Assembly (NCBI GenBank): GCA_963817955.1
Contig: CAWFQK010000004.1
Span: 640,001-704,000, forward strand
Source of the DNA: an uncultured Gemmatimonadaceae bacterium
GTDB taxonomy: Bacteria; Gemmatimonadota; Gemmatimonadetes; Gemmatimonadales; Gemmatimonadaceae
Direction of reading: 5' to 3'
Length of the DNA: 64,000 bases
The translations under genes were made by a program, and so were the position numbers. This document shows, in pieces, positions 32,931 to 43,628 of the stretch; position 1 is the stretch's first letter, and each line of letters begins with the position of its first letter. Below the pieces are notes generated by a model. It saw nothing but the letters and a program-made list of their open reading frames with translations. It did not search any database and had not been told where the DNA came from.

Positions 32931-33115
32931 GGCTTGGCCACGGCCAGTCTGGCCGGTGACGCACCACGCTGTTCGCGCAGGAGCTCGCGTAGCGCCTCCA
33001 CAGCCATGCTCGCGATGGTCTGGCGCTGAATTGGAACAATGCCCGGCCGCGACGCAGTCGCACCGGGCACGAATGGATCCGATGGGGGCGCATCGGCCGA
33101 TACACGACGAGTCAT
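32927..33115 (-). pseudogene. internally deleted GntR-type regulator remnant (62 aa)
   Basis: IQRQTIASMAVEALRE resembles the first helix of GntR/FCD regulators, but no HTH follows. First gene of the operon; its stop overlaps the ALDH start. Confidence 0.55.
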
Positions 33116-33315
33116 CCTTACTCCACGGGTGGTAGCAGGTTCGGCTGGATACACTATCCTTGCGAACGCTTCGGGGCAAGCCGCGCGTATGTCCTTAGTT
33201 GTTCACAGTGGCCTCATGCCCTACCGTCAAGGCAGCCCACGTAGCATTCTCTACGGTCGTGCGTCCGCTGCGCTCCGCGTTCAGTTCCCCTCCCCAGCCC
33301 TCGACCTCAGCGATC

Positions 33316-34263
33316 ATGCAGCTTCCCGCTCCCACCGGCTCCACAACCGCGCGCGAAGCGCTGTTCGTCGCGCTCGGTATCGTCACGTTTGGCTTCATCG
33401 TGGTCATGATTCGTGCGCTACGCGCACGGGCAGCGAGCGGTGAACGCATAGCCACGCCGGCGCCGATCTGGGCGACGAGTTTCATTGCCAACTTTTTCGA
33501 CACGCTCGGCGTCGGCTCTTTCGCCACGTCGACGTCGATCTTCCGGCAGTGGCGCATGATTCCCGACGAGCGCATTCCCGGCACCCTGAACGTCGGCTAC
33601 GCCCTGCCCACCATCGCGCAGGCGTTCATCTACACGGCCATCGTCCCGGTGGACGGCACGACGCTCATTCTCATGATCGTTGCGGCAATCCTTGGAGCCT
33701 GGCTTGGCGCAGGCGTGGTGTCGGCCTGGCCACGTCGCCGGGTGCAGATCGGTATGGGCCTCGCGCTGCTCGGATTCGCGACGATCTTATTGCTCTCTCA
33801 ACTCAACATCACGCCCGCCGGCGGCAATCTGTCAGAGCTCACCGGCGCGCGACTCGCCGTTGGCGTGGTCGGCAATTTCATGCTCGGGGCGTTCATGACG
33901 ATCGGCATCGGTCTGTATGCACCCTGCATGATCCTCGTCAGCCTGCTCGGCATGACACCGACGGCCGCCTTCCCCATCATGATGGGCTCGTGCGCGTTCC
34001 TCATGCCCATGGCGGGCGTCCGTTTCGTACGCACCGGCGGATACGCGCCGCGGGCAATGATCGGCATGATGATCGCCGGACTGCCGGCCGTCCTCATCGC
34101 GGCCTTCATCGTCAAGACGCTCAATGTCACCGCGGTGAAATGGCTCGTGTTGGTGGTCGTGACATACACGGCCGTCAACCTGCTGCGTGCGGCCCGGCGC
34201 GAACGTGATCTCTCGGCGGCAGCGACCAGCGCGGAATCAATCGGGCTTGATACTGGAGTGTGA
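33316..34263 (+). CDS. TauE/SafE-family membrane permease
   Basis: About 9 TM segments; NFFDTLGVGSFAT, IPGTLNVG, GIGLYAPC, AFPIMMGSCAFL. Confidence 0.82.
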   Translation: MQLPAPTGSTTAREALFVALGIVTFGFIVVMIRALRARAASGERIATPAPIWATSFIANFFDTLGVGSFATSTSIFRQWRMIPDERIPGTLNVGYALPTIAQAFIYTAIVPVDGTTLILMIVAAILGAWLGAGVVSAWPRRRVQIGMGLALLGFATILLLSQLNITPAGGNLSELTGARLAVGVVGNFMLGAFMTIGIGLYAPCMILVSLLGMTPTAAFPIMMGSCAFLMPMAGVRFVRTGGYAPRAMIGMMIAGLPAVLIAAFIVKTLNVTAVKWLVLVVVTYTAVNLLRAARRERDLSAAATSAESIGLDTGV

Positions 34264-34343
34264 GCCGCCGCTCACGAGGTTGATGTCGGCCTCGGCGAGC
34301 GATAGCGATGAGGGCGAGTAGCTTCGTGAGCTCGCAGCTCTTC

Positions 34344-34384
34344 GTGTTCGACCGCCTGCGCAGAGAACGCTGGCGGTCGAACAC
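34344..34384. terminator. hairpin between convergent genes
   Basis: GTGTTCGACCGCC / GGCGGTCGAACAC 13-bp perfect inverted repeat. Confidence 0.55.
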
Positions 34385-34427
34385 TGATCAGGGCATGCGC
34401 ACCAGGGGATTCGACGTCGTCCATCGC

Positions 34428-34976
34428 TCAATGCGACGGCCGTCCGGTCACCATTTCAAGAATCTTTCTCTCGAGTGTCCCGGTTGACGTACACCGCACA
34501 TCGTCTCCGGATTGGGTGATGGGGTGTCCCGAGGCGGCAACCGTGGTCGACAAGGTCGTGGACGCCGCACCCGTCGACCGCGCCTGCGTGACGACAGACA
34601 GACTGATTTCGTAGGTATCGGCGCTCGACATTCCCTGGGCGCTGCCGCAATTGATGTACTTCGAGAGCGCCACCGTGCCGACGCGGCGGCGCAGCCTGTA
34701 GCTCGGGTTGCCGATCGTATGGGCCGTTGGATCAACCATACCAATGGGAATACCCAGCGAATCGAACACGACCGGCAAACGGCGCCATACCTGGTCGAGT
34801 GCCATTGGAACCGCCGCGTCCATACTTCCGCCGCTCGGTGTGGTCGTCATCGTCAGCATGCCGCCGCCGTCGACAAGTCGCACGGTTTCAACCGGCGCAG
34901 GGCCGCTCGCGGCCGGCGGATTCGAACTTGCGCAGGCCGTCGCTGCGAGGATTGAGCACATCATCATGCGTCGCAT
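34428..34976 (-). CDS. hypothetical lipoprotein
   Basis: MRRMMMCSILAATAC lipobox; cysteine pair (YINCG, CTSTGTLE). Confidence 0.7.
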   Translation of the reverse strand: MRRMMMCSILAATACASSNPPAASGPAPVETVRLVDGGGMLTMTTTPSGGSMDAAVPMALDQVWRRLPVVFDSLGIPIGMVDPTAHTIGNPSYRLRRRVGTVALSKYINCGSAQGMSSADTYEISLSVVTQARSTGAASTTLSTTVAASGHPITQSGDDVRCTSTGTLERKILEMVTGRPSH

Positions 34977-35103
34977 CATTACACTCGAGTGAACGGGACA
35001 ACCCGATGATATGCTGTCTCGCGGCTGGAGTCCAGTCGGACGTGTGCGCCGCATCCAGTATCCGGCCCTTGTGCCGCGAACCAGAATGGACGAGGATGCT
35101 CGC

Positions 35104-36105
35104 ATGAGTTCCTCCTCACGCTCGCTGGTCGTCGGCACCGCCACGGCCAGGAATAATAGCAAGGTCTCCGGTTTCCTCGATGTTCCGGATAGTTCCGATC
35201 CAGGCACGCGCATTCCCGTGACCGTCGTCACGGGCGCGCGACCGGGCCCGGTGCTCGCCCTCACCGCGGGAATTCACGGGTCCGAGCCGTCTCCCATCCT
35301 GGCGCTGCAACGCGTGCGCAAGGAGTTGGACCCCGCCGATCTCAGCGGAACGGTCATTCTCGTGCACATCGCGAACGTACCGTCGTTCACCCACCGTACC
35401 ATCTACCGTGGACCGTGGGATTGGAAGAACCTGAATCGCGTCTTTCCCGGGCGTGCCGATGGAACCACCTCGGAACGCATCGCGTACGCCATCACCACAG
35501 AAGTCATCGACCAATGCGATTGTCTCATCGACATGCATTCGGGCGACGGAAACGAATCGCTGCGGGCATATTCGTATTGGAATAACCTCGGCGTGGACGA
35601 CGTCGTGGACGCGCGGACCCGCGATCTCGCGGTGGCCTTCGGAATCGACCACATCGTGATCGACCGGGGACGCCCACGCGACCCTGCCGCGACGCTCTTC
35701 TGCTCGAACACGGCGCAAGCGCGCGGCAAGCCTGCGGTCACGACGGAAGCCGGTGGTGTGGGAGTTCCGACTGAAGACATGGTAGCACTCAACGTTGCCG
35801 GCGCCTTCCGGGTCATGCGACACCTGGGCATGCTGCCCGGCCCACGCCCCGAGCCACTGAATCCAGTGTGGCTCGAGCCCACGGAGGTGTTGATAAGCCC
35901 CGAGACCGGCATCTGGCTGCCGGCTGTGCATTGCGGCGATGATGTCGATGCCAATGCGTTGCTCGGACGCGTGACCGACTACTTCGGTGAGACGCTGGCC
36001 GAGATATGCGCACCTTTCGCGGGCGTGGTCCTTTATGTCGTCGTGTCGCCGGCCATATCGAAGGGCGAGCCCGTGGGCATGGTGGCAAGCCCGGTGCCCT
36101 CGTAA
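35104..36105 (+). CDS. succinylglutamate desuccinylase/aspartoacylase (M14) family
   Basis: AGIHGSE, NLNRVFPG, IDMHSG, TTEAG; biotinyl-like C-terminal domain. Confidence 0.88.
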   Translation: MSSSSRSLVVGTATARNNSKVSGFLDVPDSSDPGTRIPVTVVTGARPGPVLALTAGIHGSEPSPILALQRVRKELDPADLSGTVILVHIANVPSFTHRTIYRGPWDWKNLNRVFPGRADGTTSERIAYAITTEVIDQCDCLIDMHSGDGNESLRAYSYWNNLGVDDVVDARTRDLAVAFGIDHIVIDRGRPRDPAATLFCSNTAQARGKPAVTTEAGGVGVPTEDMVALNVAGAFRVMRHLGMLPGPRPEPLNPVWLEPTEVLISPETGIWLPAVHCGDDVDANALLGRVTDYFGETLAEICAPFAGVVLYVVVSPAISKGEPVGMVASPVPS

Positions 36106-38240
36106 GTCTTTCCACCCGATTGCCTCCCGTGCCGCGGCGCCAGCAGTACGCGAGCGTCGGCGGCCATGCAGCCGGAGGGAAACGCCATGAGCGGATTGAC
36201 GTCGAGCTCCCGAATGTCGGGAAAATCTTCCGCGAGCTGAGACAGACGACGGAGGACGGCCGAGAGCGCGTCGCGATCCACCGGCGGCTCGCCGCGCATG
36301 CCGGTGAGTCTGCGCGCGCCGCGAATTCCATCGAGCATCGCGCTGGCATCCGCGGCCGTAATGGGGCTGACGCGGAACATCACATCGCGCATGGCTTCAA
36401 CGAAGATGCCGCCAAGACCGAACATGACGAGAGATCCGAACTTCGCGTCGTGTGTGGTTCCGGCAATGGTTTCTCGTCCGCCTTCCACCATCTGCTGCAC
36501 CAGCACGCCGGTGATGCGCGCTTCGGGCACGCTGCGGCGCACATTACCGAGTAATTGATCGTAGGCCGTGCGCAGCTCCGCTTCGGATCGAATGCCGACC
36601 TGCACTCCGCCGACGTCACTCTTATGCAACACGTCGGGTGACACGATCTTGAGAACGAGCGGGTACCCGAAATCGCGCGCCACACTCAGCGCCTCGAGGA
36701 CGCTCGTCGCGAGGCGCGCCGGCGCGATCGGGATTCCGTACGCCGAGAGCAACTCGAGCGCCTCGATTTCCGAGAGGCGATCCCGGTCCTCGCCGAGGGC
36801 AGTGGCGACTATTCGGTCAGCCGCATCGCGATCGACGACAAGACGCTCGGCGCGGACGGTCGGCGTGTCGGCCCACTCACGGTGACGATTCAGCGCCGCC
36901 AGCGCACGCGCCGCTGATTCCGGAAAGATGTACGCAGGAATGCCCGATTGGTGCAGCTCGGCGCGACCTTCGGGTAGCCCTTCGCGACCCATCAGCACCG
37001 CAAGGACGGGCTTGTGAGGCGCCGTTTCCGCCGCGCTGCCGATGGCTTCAGCGACATCCGACTGCTTGATGCCGAACGGCGGCACGAAAATCGGGACCAC
37101 CGCATCGATGTTGGGATCGGCGAGCAATGCGGTGAGCGCGGCCTTGTAGCCGGCCGGCGTCGCCGAAGCGATCATGTCGAGCGGATTGCGGATCGATGCT
37201 TCGTCCGGCAGCAGCGGACGAATGGCGCGCACCGTCTCGGGGCTCAGGTCGACCACGTCGAGCCCGCAGGTCTCCAACGCATCGGCAGCGAGAATTCCGG
37301 GTCCGCCGGCATTGGTGAGTACCGCCGTCCGGCGCCCCCGCGGCAGCGCGCGCGCGCCGAAGCCCATTGCCATGTCGAACAGCTCCTCGATCGAGGCGGC
37401 GCGAAGGACACCGGCCTGGGTCAGGAGCGCATCCACCGCCGTGTCACTCGCCGCGAGAGCGCCGGTGTGGGACAACGCCGCGCGGGCACCGGCGCGCGAC
37501 CGTCCCGACTTCACCACGATGATCGGCTTCGTTTTCGTCAGCCGCGAGGCGGTCTCGAGGAACCGGCGCGGATTGCCGAAGTTCTCCACGTACATCAGAA
37601 TGACGCGCACCGCCGGATCGTGCTCCCACTGCACGAGCAGGTCGTTGCCACTCACGTCGGCCTTGTTGCCAATGGAAACGAACTGCGCAATGCCAATGCC
37701 GTACTCACGAGCGTAGTCGAGCACACTCACGCCCAGGGCGCCGGACTGCGATACGAACGCCGCGTGGCCGAACGCGGGCGTAGCGGTGGCGAACGTTGCG
37801 TTCATCGAGACCGCGGGATCGCGATTGATCACGCCCATGCAGTTCGGTCCCACCATACGGGTGCCGCTATGACGAACGAGGTCGACGAGCTGGCGTTCCA
37901 GCTCAGCGCCGGCGGCCCCCACTTCCTTGAATCCAGCGGAGATGACGACCAACGACTTCACGCCTGCCGCTACGCACTGTTCCGTCACGTCGAGCACGTG
38001 CTGCTTTGGCACGACGATGATGCCGAGGTCAATCGGATCAGGGATGTCGCCCACAGTGGGGTATGCTTTCACCGACCCAATGCAGCGCGCCGTTGGATTC
38101 ACCGGGTACACCGCGCCAGTGAATCCGTGGGAGATGAGGTTGGTGAGCATCTGATGTCCGATGGTCGCCGGACGACGGGACGCGCCAATGACCGCGATGG
38201 AGCGCGGAGCGAGCAGCGCAGTGAGTGATGGGTCGGACAT
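36033..38240 (-). CDS. acetate/acyl-CoA ligase (ADP-forming), fused alpha+beta
   Basis: SIAVIGAS, GPNCMG, SQSGA, SHTGALA (phospho-His), HKSDVGGV, ELDVNP; no GNAT domain seen. Confidence 0.92.
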   Translation of the reverse strand: MSDPSLTALLAPRSIAVIGASRRPATIGHQMLTNLISHGFTGAVYPVNPTARCIGSVKAYPTVGDIPDPIDLGIIVVPKQHVLDVTEQCVAAGVKSLVVISAGFKEVGAAGAELERQLVDLVRHSGTRMVGPNCMGVINRDPAVSMNATFATATPAFGHAAFVSQSGALGVSVLDYAREYGIGIAQFVSIGNKADVSGNDLLVQWEHDPAVRVILMYVENFGNPRRFLETASRLTKTKPIIVVKSGRSRAGARAALSHTGALAASDTAVDALLTQAGVLRAASIEELFDMAMGFGARALPRGRRTAVLTNAGGPGILAADALETCGLDVVDLSPETVRAIRPLLPDEASIRNPLDMIASATPAGYKAALTALLADPNIDAVVPIFVPPFGIKQSDVAEAIGSAAETAPHKPVLAVLMGREGLPEGRAELHQSGIPAYIFPESAARALAALNRHREWADTPTVRAERLVVDRDAADRIVATALGEDRDRLSEIEALELLSAYGIPIAPARLATSVLEALSVARDFGYPLVLKIVSPDVLHKSDVGGVQVGIRSEAELRTAYDQLLGNVRRSVPEARITGVLVQQMVEGGRETIAGTTHDAKFGSLVMFGLGGIFVEAMRDVMFRVSPITAADASAMLDGIRGARRLTGMRGEPPVDRDALSAVLRRLSQLAEDFPDIRELDVNPLMAFPSGCMAADARVLLAPRHGRQSGGKTYEGTGLATMPTGSPFDMAGDTTT

Positions 38241-38388
38241 CAAACCTCTGGTTAACCGGGCGGCGACATGCAGCCCGCGCGCAAGCTCGGTCGCAATGGA
38301 CTCGAGTGCTGTCGGCGAAGTAGTGATGACAATGTCAGGCGTTCTACGAACACACGGGCGCGATCTTGACCGTGCTGTCGGTCAACCA

Positions 38389-38889
38389 TCACCCACCGCG
38401 CGCAAGACGAACCGCGGCACCCACGAGGATCACCCCGAAGATCGCGTTTGCTCGTGCCAGCAGCGCCGCTCGTCGACGAAACGCCAGCGCCTGCACGGAC
38501 CCGGGCACGGCGCGTCCGGCACGCGGCCCATCGATGAAATCGTGCACGGCGCTGACGGTCACCATCACGACCACTGCGGCGAGCTTCACACCGAGGGCAT
38601 GGCCGAGCGCGGTGTTCCAGAATGCCGGCGAGTCGAACACGCCTTGCCAATGCAGCAAACCACGGTAGTGAAGGTTGATGATGCCCGTGACCACGAGCAC
38701 GCCGATCGACCACCAACCGGCGCGGCGAAAGGCGACTCCCAGTTGCTGAAAAAGCGCTTGGCGCAGCGGCGGCGGCTCAATGGAGCGGAGCACCGGCGCC
38801 CCGACGGCGCCGAGAAAGAACATGCCGCCGAGCCAGAGCATGGCGGCGAGCACGTGCACGGTGACGTTCAGGAAATACAACGCGGACAT
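38389..38889 (-). CDS. CopD/DUF4149-like membrane protein
   Basis: HVLAAMLWLGGMFF, TGIIN, KL....SAVHDF; four TM segments. Confidence 0.75.
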   Translation of the reverse strand: MSALYFLNVTVHVLAAMLWLGGMFFLGAVGAPVLRSIEPPPLRQALFQQLGVAFRRAGWWSIGVLVVTGIINLHYRGLLHWQGVFDSPAFWNTALGHALGVKLAAVVVMVTVSAVHDFIDGPRAGRAVPGSVQALAFRRRAALLARANAIFGVILVGAAVRLARGG

Positions 38890-38911
38890 GTGTGGTTGGA
38901 AGTGCGGTGTG

Positions 38912-39244
38912 TCAGCGAGTGCCCGGACGCGGCGCGATGACGGCGGCGATTACGAGGCGTTCATCGGCTGCGCGCATGCCATGTGGCTCATTCATGTCGT
39001 AGGCAATGATATCACCCGGCTTGACCGCGCGTTCGCCGTCTGCCCCCTCCACCAAACCGTGGCCTTCAATGACGAAGAGGAGCACGGTGGAGGGACTGGT
39101 GTGCACGGGCACTCGCTGTCCCGCCTCGATCCGGAAGATGACGACGCGCGCATCCGTGGCATCGTGGGCGAGAACGGTGGCCGGCTTCTGCGGATTGGAT
39201 GAGACTGCCTGGAGTGCGAGGGCCGACGCGTCGTAGACCTTCAC
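38912..39244 (-). CDS. cupin-domain protein
   Basis: GQRVPVHTS..VIEGHG, PGD..EPHG; GTG overlaps the upstream stop. Confidence 0.82.
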   Translation of the reverse strand: MKVYDASALALQAVSSNPQKPATVLAHDATDARVVIFRIEAGQRVPVHTSPSTVLLFVIEGHGLVEGADGERAVKPGDIIAYDMNEPHGMRAADERLVIAAVIAPRPGTR

Positions 39245-39471
39245 GCCGCGGTGACCGCTTCGCGTACGGCTCGTAGAAGGGCGTCGAGGTCTAGACCGTT
39301 GGCTTGCGCCGCCTGGGCAATGCTCAGACCGCCGCCGCAACAGGTGTCAACTCCAAAGGTATTGAGAACCGCAATCGCATCCGGGAACCGCGCGATCGTG
39401 TCGTTGACGGTCCAATCGGCGCTGATGTCAGTGACTTTCTGCAAGGATACTTCCTTATTGCGAGACGGCAT
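39241..39471 (-). CDS. stand-alone ScdA_N/DUF542 domain protein
   Basis: TVNDTIARFP..VLNTFGVDTCCGG..SI..A..GLD. Start uncertain. Confidence 0.8.
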   Translation of the reverse strand: MPSRNKEVSLQKVTDISADWTVNDTIARFPDAIAVLNTFGVDTCCGGGLSIAQAAQANGLDLDALLRAVREAVTAA

Positions 39472-39488
39472 TGCGAAAGGGCGCGGCT

Positions 39489-39720
39489 TTATTTGAGCGA
39501 CGGCCGTGAAGCTGCGCAGACCGTGTCGAGCTGACTGTCAGATAACGCAAACCACTCGCGCTGGTAATCACACACGCGCCGGACGATATCCGTTCCATCA
39601 AAGATCAAACAATTGTTGCCCTGGCATTCGTAGGCGGGCATGCGAGTCTCCCGTACGCGCCACTGGCGCCCGTCAGACCCAAGAAAGTAACGCTCACGGA
39701 CATCAGGAACGTATTGCGCG
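39489..39720 (-). CDS. small hypothetical protein (start unresolved)
   Basis: DGRQWRVRE..CLIFDGTDIVRRV..Y..EW..LSDSQL reads like a real conserved small domain inside ORF 39489-39947. Confidence 0.5.
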
Positions 39721-39901
39721 CCTGGAAGGCTCGTTGCGGCAGATGCAGGCTTCTCGGTGAGCAACAGAATGAGGGTGGAAAGCGCTACGAGGATGGATCC
39801 GGGGGAGTACGGGTAAACAAATAGCAATGCCCGTACCACAAATATGGCATCCAAACACTCGCCGCGCACCATGGATGATTTAGGGGGCGTTCGTAGTGGG
39901 A

Positions 39902-39935
39902 ATGCCGGCCCGGTGCCAGAGCACCGGGCCGGCAT
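39902..39935 (-). terminator. hairpin after hsp20
   Basis: 15-bp perfect inverted repeat ATGCCGGCCCGGTGC-CAGA-GCACCGGGCCGGCAT, 8 nt after the stop. Confidence 0.7.
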
Positions 39936-39943
39936 GGAATGAC

Positions 39944-40663
39944 TCACCTGATCTCGATGCGACGCCGATTGTGTTCAGCCTGCTTGGGCGCCGGCACCTT
40001 GATCTCGAGCACGCCGTCCTTGAACGATGTGTCGACATGCTCAGTGTCCGCGGATTCCGGCAATGGAATGGCGCGGTAGAACTCGCCGTACGTCCGCTCC
40101 GTTCTGTAGAAGCCTTCCCGGTCCTGTTCGTTTTCCTCCTGACGCTCTCCACAGATGGTCAGGATGTCGTTTTCAACTTCTACCTGGATGTCATCCTTCT
40201 TGACGCCGGGGAGATCGGCGCGGATCACGAACTTGTCGCCACTCTGAAATGTCTCGACCGTCGGGAATCGAAGGTCCGCTGACGTGACGAGGTCGGCAGG
40301 CAAGGTGCGCCCGAGGCCGCCAGTCAACATCGGATTCAGGCTCAGCCCGGTCCACGGACGGCCGAACCCGAGGTGCCCAAAGAGCTCATCCATGTCCTGG
40401 GCCATCCGCTGCATAACACGAAATGGCTCAGCCGTAAGGCCACCGCCAATGTTCTCCCGCAGATTGCCTTGTTCCGAGCGACGCGCCAGGTCGCCACGCT
40501 TGGGTTGGCGCTGTTCCCGACCCGTAGCGATGGAGCGCTCCTGATCACTCCGGCCGCTCTCCGTTCCGTGCACGTCGGTAGTGGAAGATGTTTGTTGCGT
40601 GCTGCCGGTCTGCTGCTGCGTTCCCGTTTGCCGCCCCTGGCCCTGCTGCGTCTCACGCGCCAT
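39944..40663 (-). CDS. Hsp20/alpha-crystallin small heat-shock protein with a Gln/Thr-rich N-terminal extension
   Basis: [41 protein letters not shown] before ATG 40663. Confidence 0.93.
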   Translation of the reverse strand: MARETQQGQGRQTGTQQQTGSTQQTSSTTDVHGTESGRSDQERSIATGREQRQPKRGDLARRSEQGNLRENIGGGLTAEPFRVMQRMAQDMDELFGHLGFGRPWTGLSLNPMLTGGLGRTLPADLVTSADLRFPTVETFQSGDKFVIRADLPGVKKDDIQVEVENDILTICGERQEENEQDREGFYRTERTYGEFYRAIPLPESADTEHVDTSFKDGVLEIKVPAPKQAEHNRRRIEIR

Positions 40664-40801
40664 TGCTGTATCCCCCTGTGGTGTAGTCGCGGCGATCGAT
40701 GCGACCGCCGCGCCGTCTCGCAGCAACGGATGTGCCGACAACATCACGAGTCGTGGCGCGTAGCGTGCGGTGCTGCGACCATTCTCCCGCCGGAGTCTCA
40801 C

Positions 40802-43294
40802 GTGCCTGACACCCCCTACGCATTCGACAAGACGCTGTCGAGTGCGGTGCCTGCGACCGAACTCGAACCCACCGCCGCAGCCGCCGCGTCTCGCGGAACG
40901 CTCATGCAGGATCGGCCGGGGAGCATCACGGACGAGCAGCTCGCCCGGATGCACCGATATTGGCAAGCGGCCAACTATCTGACCATCGGGCAGATTTTTC
41001 TGCAGGACAACCCGCTGCTCCGCGAGCCCTTGCGTGCCGAACACATCAAGCCCCGACTCCTGGGCCATTGGGGCACGTCGCCGGGTCTCAACCTGCTGTA
41101 CGTGCACGTCAACCGACTCATCAAGGAGCGCGATGCCAAGTTTCTATATCTCGCCGGTCCCGGCCACGGCGGCCCGGCGCTCGTCGCGAATGTGTACCTC
41201 GAAGGGTCGTACTCGGAGGTGCTGCCGGAGATCACGCGCGATGTCGCGGGCCTGCGGCGGCTCTTCCGACAGTTCTCTACCCCGGGCGGCATTCCCAGTC
41301 ATGTCAGCGTGACGACGCCGGGCTCAATCCATGAAGGGGGCGAACTGGGGTACGTGCTGTCACACGCAGCGGGGGCGGTGTTCGACAACCCGGATCTGAT
41401 CGCGCTCGCCGTCGTCGGCGACGGCGAAGCGGAGACCGGACCGCTCGAGGGTTCATGGAAGCTTACGAGTTTCCTCAACCCGGCCCGCGACGGAGCGGTG
41501 TTGCCGGTCTTGCATCTCAACGGGTACAAGATCAGCGGCCCCACCGTGCTCGCGCGAACCAATGACGCCGACCTGCGCGCGCTGTTGCAGGGTCATGGCT
41601 ACGACGTGCTGTTCGTCGAGGGCGACGAACCGGCTGCGGTGCATCGCCAACTCTCCACCGCCCTCGACCAGTGCTACGAGCGCATCCGGACCATTCAGCG
41701 CGACGCGCGGCAGCGCGGCGCGGCTCACGTCACGGCGCGTCCACGCTGGCCGATGCTCGTCCTGCGAACACCGAAAGGGTGGACGGGTCCGGCCGTCGTC
41801 CACGGCCTGCCGGTGGAAGGTACGTTTCGCGCGCATCAGGTGCCGCTGACCAATCCGAAAACAGACCCGGCCGAGTTGCGCATGCTGGAAGAATGGATGC
41901 GCAGCTACGAGCCGGAGCATCTCTTCGACGACCGTGGTGCGCTGAGGCCAGAGCTCCAGGCGCTTGCCCCCACCGGCGACAGGCGCATGGGCGCCACGCC
42001 GCACGCAAACGGCGGCCGCATCCTCCAGCCGCTCGCGCTTCCTGATTTCCGCGACTATGCGCTCGAGGTCGGCGCGCCCGCCACGATGCGCGCCGAGTCC
42101 ACCAGGCGGCTCGGACAGATGACGCGCGACATCTTCGTTCGGAATCGCGAGGCATCGAATTTCAGAATCTTCTGTCCCGACGAGACGAACTCCAACCGGC
42201 TGGCGAACGTCTTCGACGTCGAGAATCGTTGCTTCGTCGGGCCGCACCTGGGAATAGACGACCACCTGGCCCCGGACGGACGCGTGATGGAGGTGTTGAG
42301 CGAACACCTCTGCGAGGGATGGCTCGAGGGATATCTGCTCACGGGCCGGCATGGGTTGTACGTCACGTACGAGGCGTTCGCGATGGTGTCGGCGTCGATG
42401 ACCGTGCAGCACGCCAAATGGTTGGAGGAGTCGTTGTGTCTGTCCTGGCGCGCGCCCGTCGCATCGCTCAACATCCTGCTGACGTCCACCTGTTGGCGAA
42501 ACGACCATAATGGGTTCAGCCATCAAGGACCGGGCCTCATCGACGTCATGTTGTCGAAGCGCGGCACCGTCGCGCGCATCTACCTGCCACCGGATGCGAA
42601 CTCACTACTCACGGTGGCCGACCACTGCTTCCGCTCGCGCAGCTACGTCAACCTGATCGTCATCGACAAGCAGCCCCAGTTACAGTGGCTGTCGATGGAA
42701 GACGCCATTGCGGGGGCACGACAGGGTGCGGCGACCTGGACGTGGGCCGGCACACCCGGATCAGATGGGGCGGACCCCGACGTCATCCTCGCCTGCGCCG
42801 GAGACACGCCGACCCTGGAGACTGTCGCCGCCGCATGGTGGCTACGCCGCCTGGCGCCCGAGTTGCGGGTGCGCGTGGTGAACGTCATCGATCTCATGAC
42901 TCTCTTTCACCCCGACGTGCATCCGCATGGCATGAGCCGCGAGCGGTTCGTGGAATTGTTCACGCGTGACCGCCCGGTGATCTTCGCCTTTCACGGATAT
43001 CAAAACGCTGTGCACCAGATCATCCACGGCCGCCCCGCCCCGTCGCGATTCCACGTGCGCGGCTTCAAGGAGCAAGGCACGACGACGACGCCGTTCGATA
43101 TGGTAGTCCTGAATGGCATCAGCCGCTTTCATCTGGCATCTATCGCCCTGAAGTACGCATGGCCGGATGATCCCAGGACGCCCGAGCGCATGGCCGAGTG
43201 CGAGCGTAAGATCCGGGAGGCAGTGGAGTACACGAGGGAGTACCTCGAGGACCCGCCGGAGATTCGCGATTGGACGTGGCAAGAGACAGGGTGA
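40802..43294 (+). CDS. xfp: xylulose-5-phosphate/fructose-6-phosphate phosphoketolase
   Basis: [50 protein letters not shown] + GTG. Confidence 0.96.
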   Translation: MPDTPYAFDKTLSSAVPATELEPTAAAAASRGTLMQDRPGSITDEQLARMHRYWQAANYLTIGQIFLQDNPLLREPLRAEHIKPRLLGHWGTSPGLNLLYVHVNRLIKERDAKFLYLAGPGHGGPALVANVYLEGSYSEVLPEITRDVAGLRRLFRQFSTPGGIPSHVSVTTPGSIHEGGELGYVLSHAAGAVFDNPDLIALAVVGDGEAETGPLEGSWKLTSFLNPARDGAVLPVLHLNGYKISGPTVLARTNDADLRALLQGHGYDVLFVEGDEPAAVHRQLSTALDQCYERIRTIQRDARQRGAAHVTARPRWPMLVLRTPKGWTGPAVVHGLPVEGTFRAHQVPLTNPKTDPAELRMLEEWMRSYEPEHLFDDRGALRPELQALAPTGDRRMGATPHANGGRILQPLALPDFRDYALEVGAPATMRAESTRRLGQMTRDIFVRNREASNFRIFCPDETNSNRLANVFDVENRCFVGPHLGIDDHLAPDGRVMEVLSEHLCEGWLEGYLLTGRHGLYVTYEAFAMVSASMTVQHAKWLEESLCLSWRAPVASLNILLTSTCWRNDHNGFSHQGPGLIDVMLSKRGTVARIYLPPDANSLLTVADHCFRSRSYVNLIVIDKQPQLQWLSMEDAIAGARQGAATWTWAGTPGSDGADPDVILACAGDTPTLETVAAAWWLRRLAPELRVRVVNVIDLMTLFHPDVHPHGMSRERFVELFTRDRPVIFAFHGYQNAVHQIIHGRPAPSRFHVRGFKEQGTTTTPFDMVVLNGISRFHLASIALKYAWPDDPRTPERMAECERKIREAVEYTREYLEDPPEIRDWTWQETG

Positions 43295-43329
43295 CACGTG
43301 TCCGGCTACTCCCTTTAACGCAGAGCGGT

Positions 43330-43620
43330 AGAACAGCTGTTAACGCAGAGGTCGCAGAGAACTGCAGGAGAACTGCAGAGGACTGCAAAAGAGAACTGCA
43401 AAAGGGAACTGCAAATAGAGCACTGGAAAAGGGAACTGCAAAGAGAACGGGAAGCGTACGGAAGAGAGAAGCGCGTATTGGTGGAATGAACCGTGATTGC
43501 CGAGTCCACAATCATTCCGCTTATATCATCGATGATCCCGACCTGGGCGAAACCATCCTTCACGGTCCTCTGCAGTTCTCCTGCAGTTCTCTGCGACCTC
43601 TGCGTTAAAAAGCTGTTCTG
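43330..43620. repeat. inverted-repeat-bounded element (AACGCAGAG/GAGAACTGCA family), copy 2
   Basis: 44-bp perfect inverted repeat (43340-43383 / 43565-43608) with internal GAACTGCAAA-like short repeats. Confidence 0.88.
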
Positions 43621-43628
43621 TCGGCCAC

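Noticed and set aside
40373..40801. Long N-terminal extensions in the ORF track (xfp, hsp20, ALDH, ATP-grasp and others)
   Set aside because: They overlap neighbouring genes; downstream starts with SD sequences or stop/start coupling fit better.
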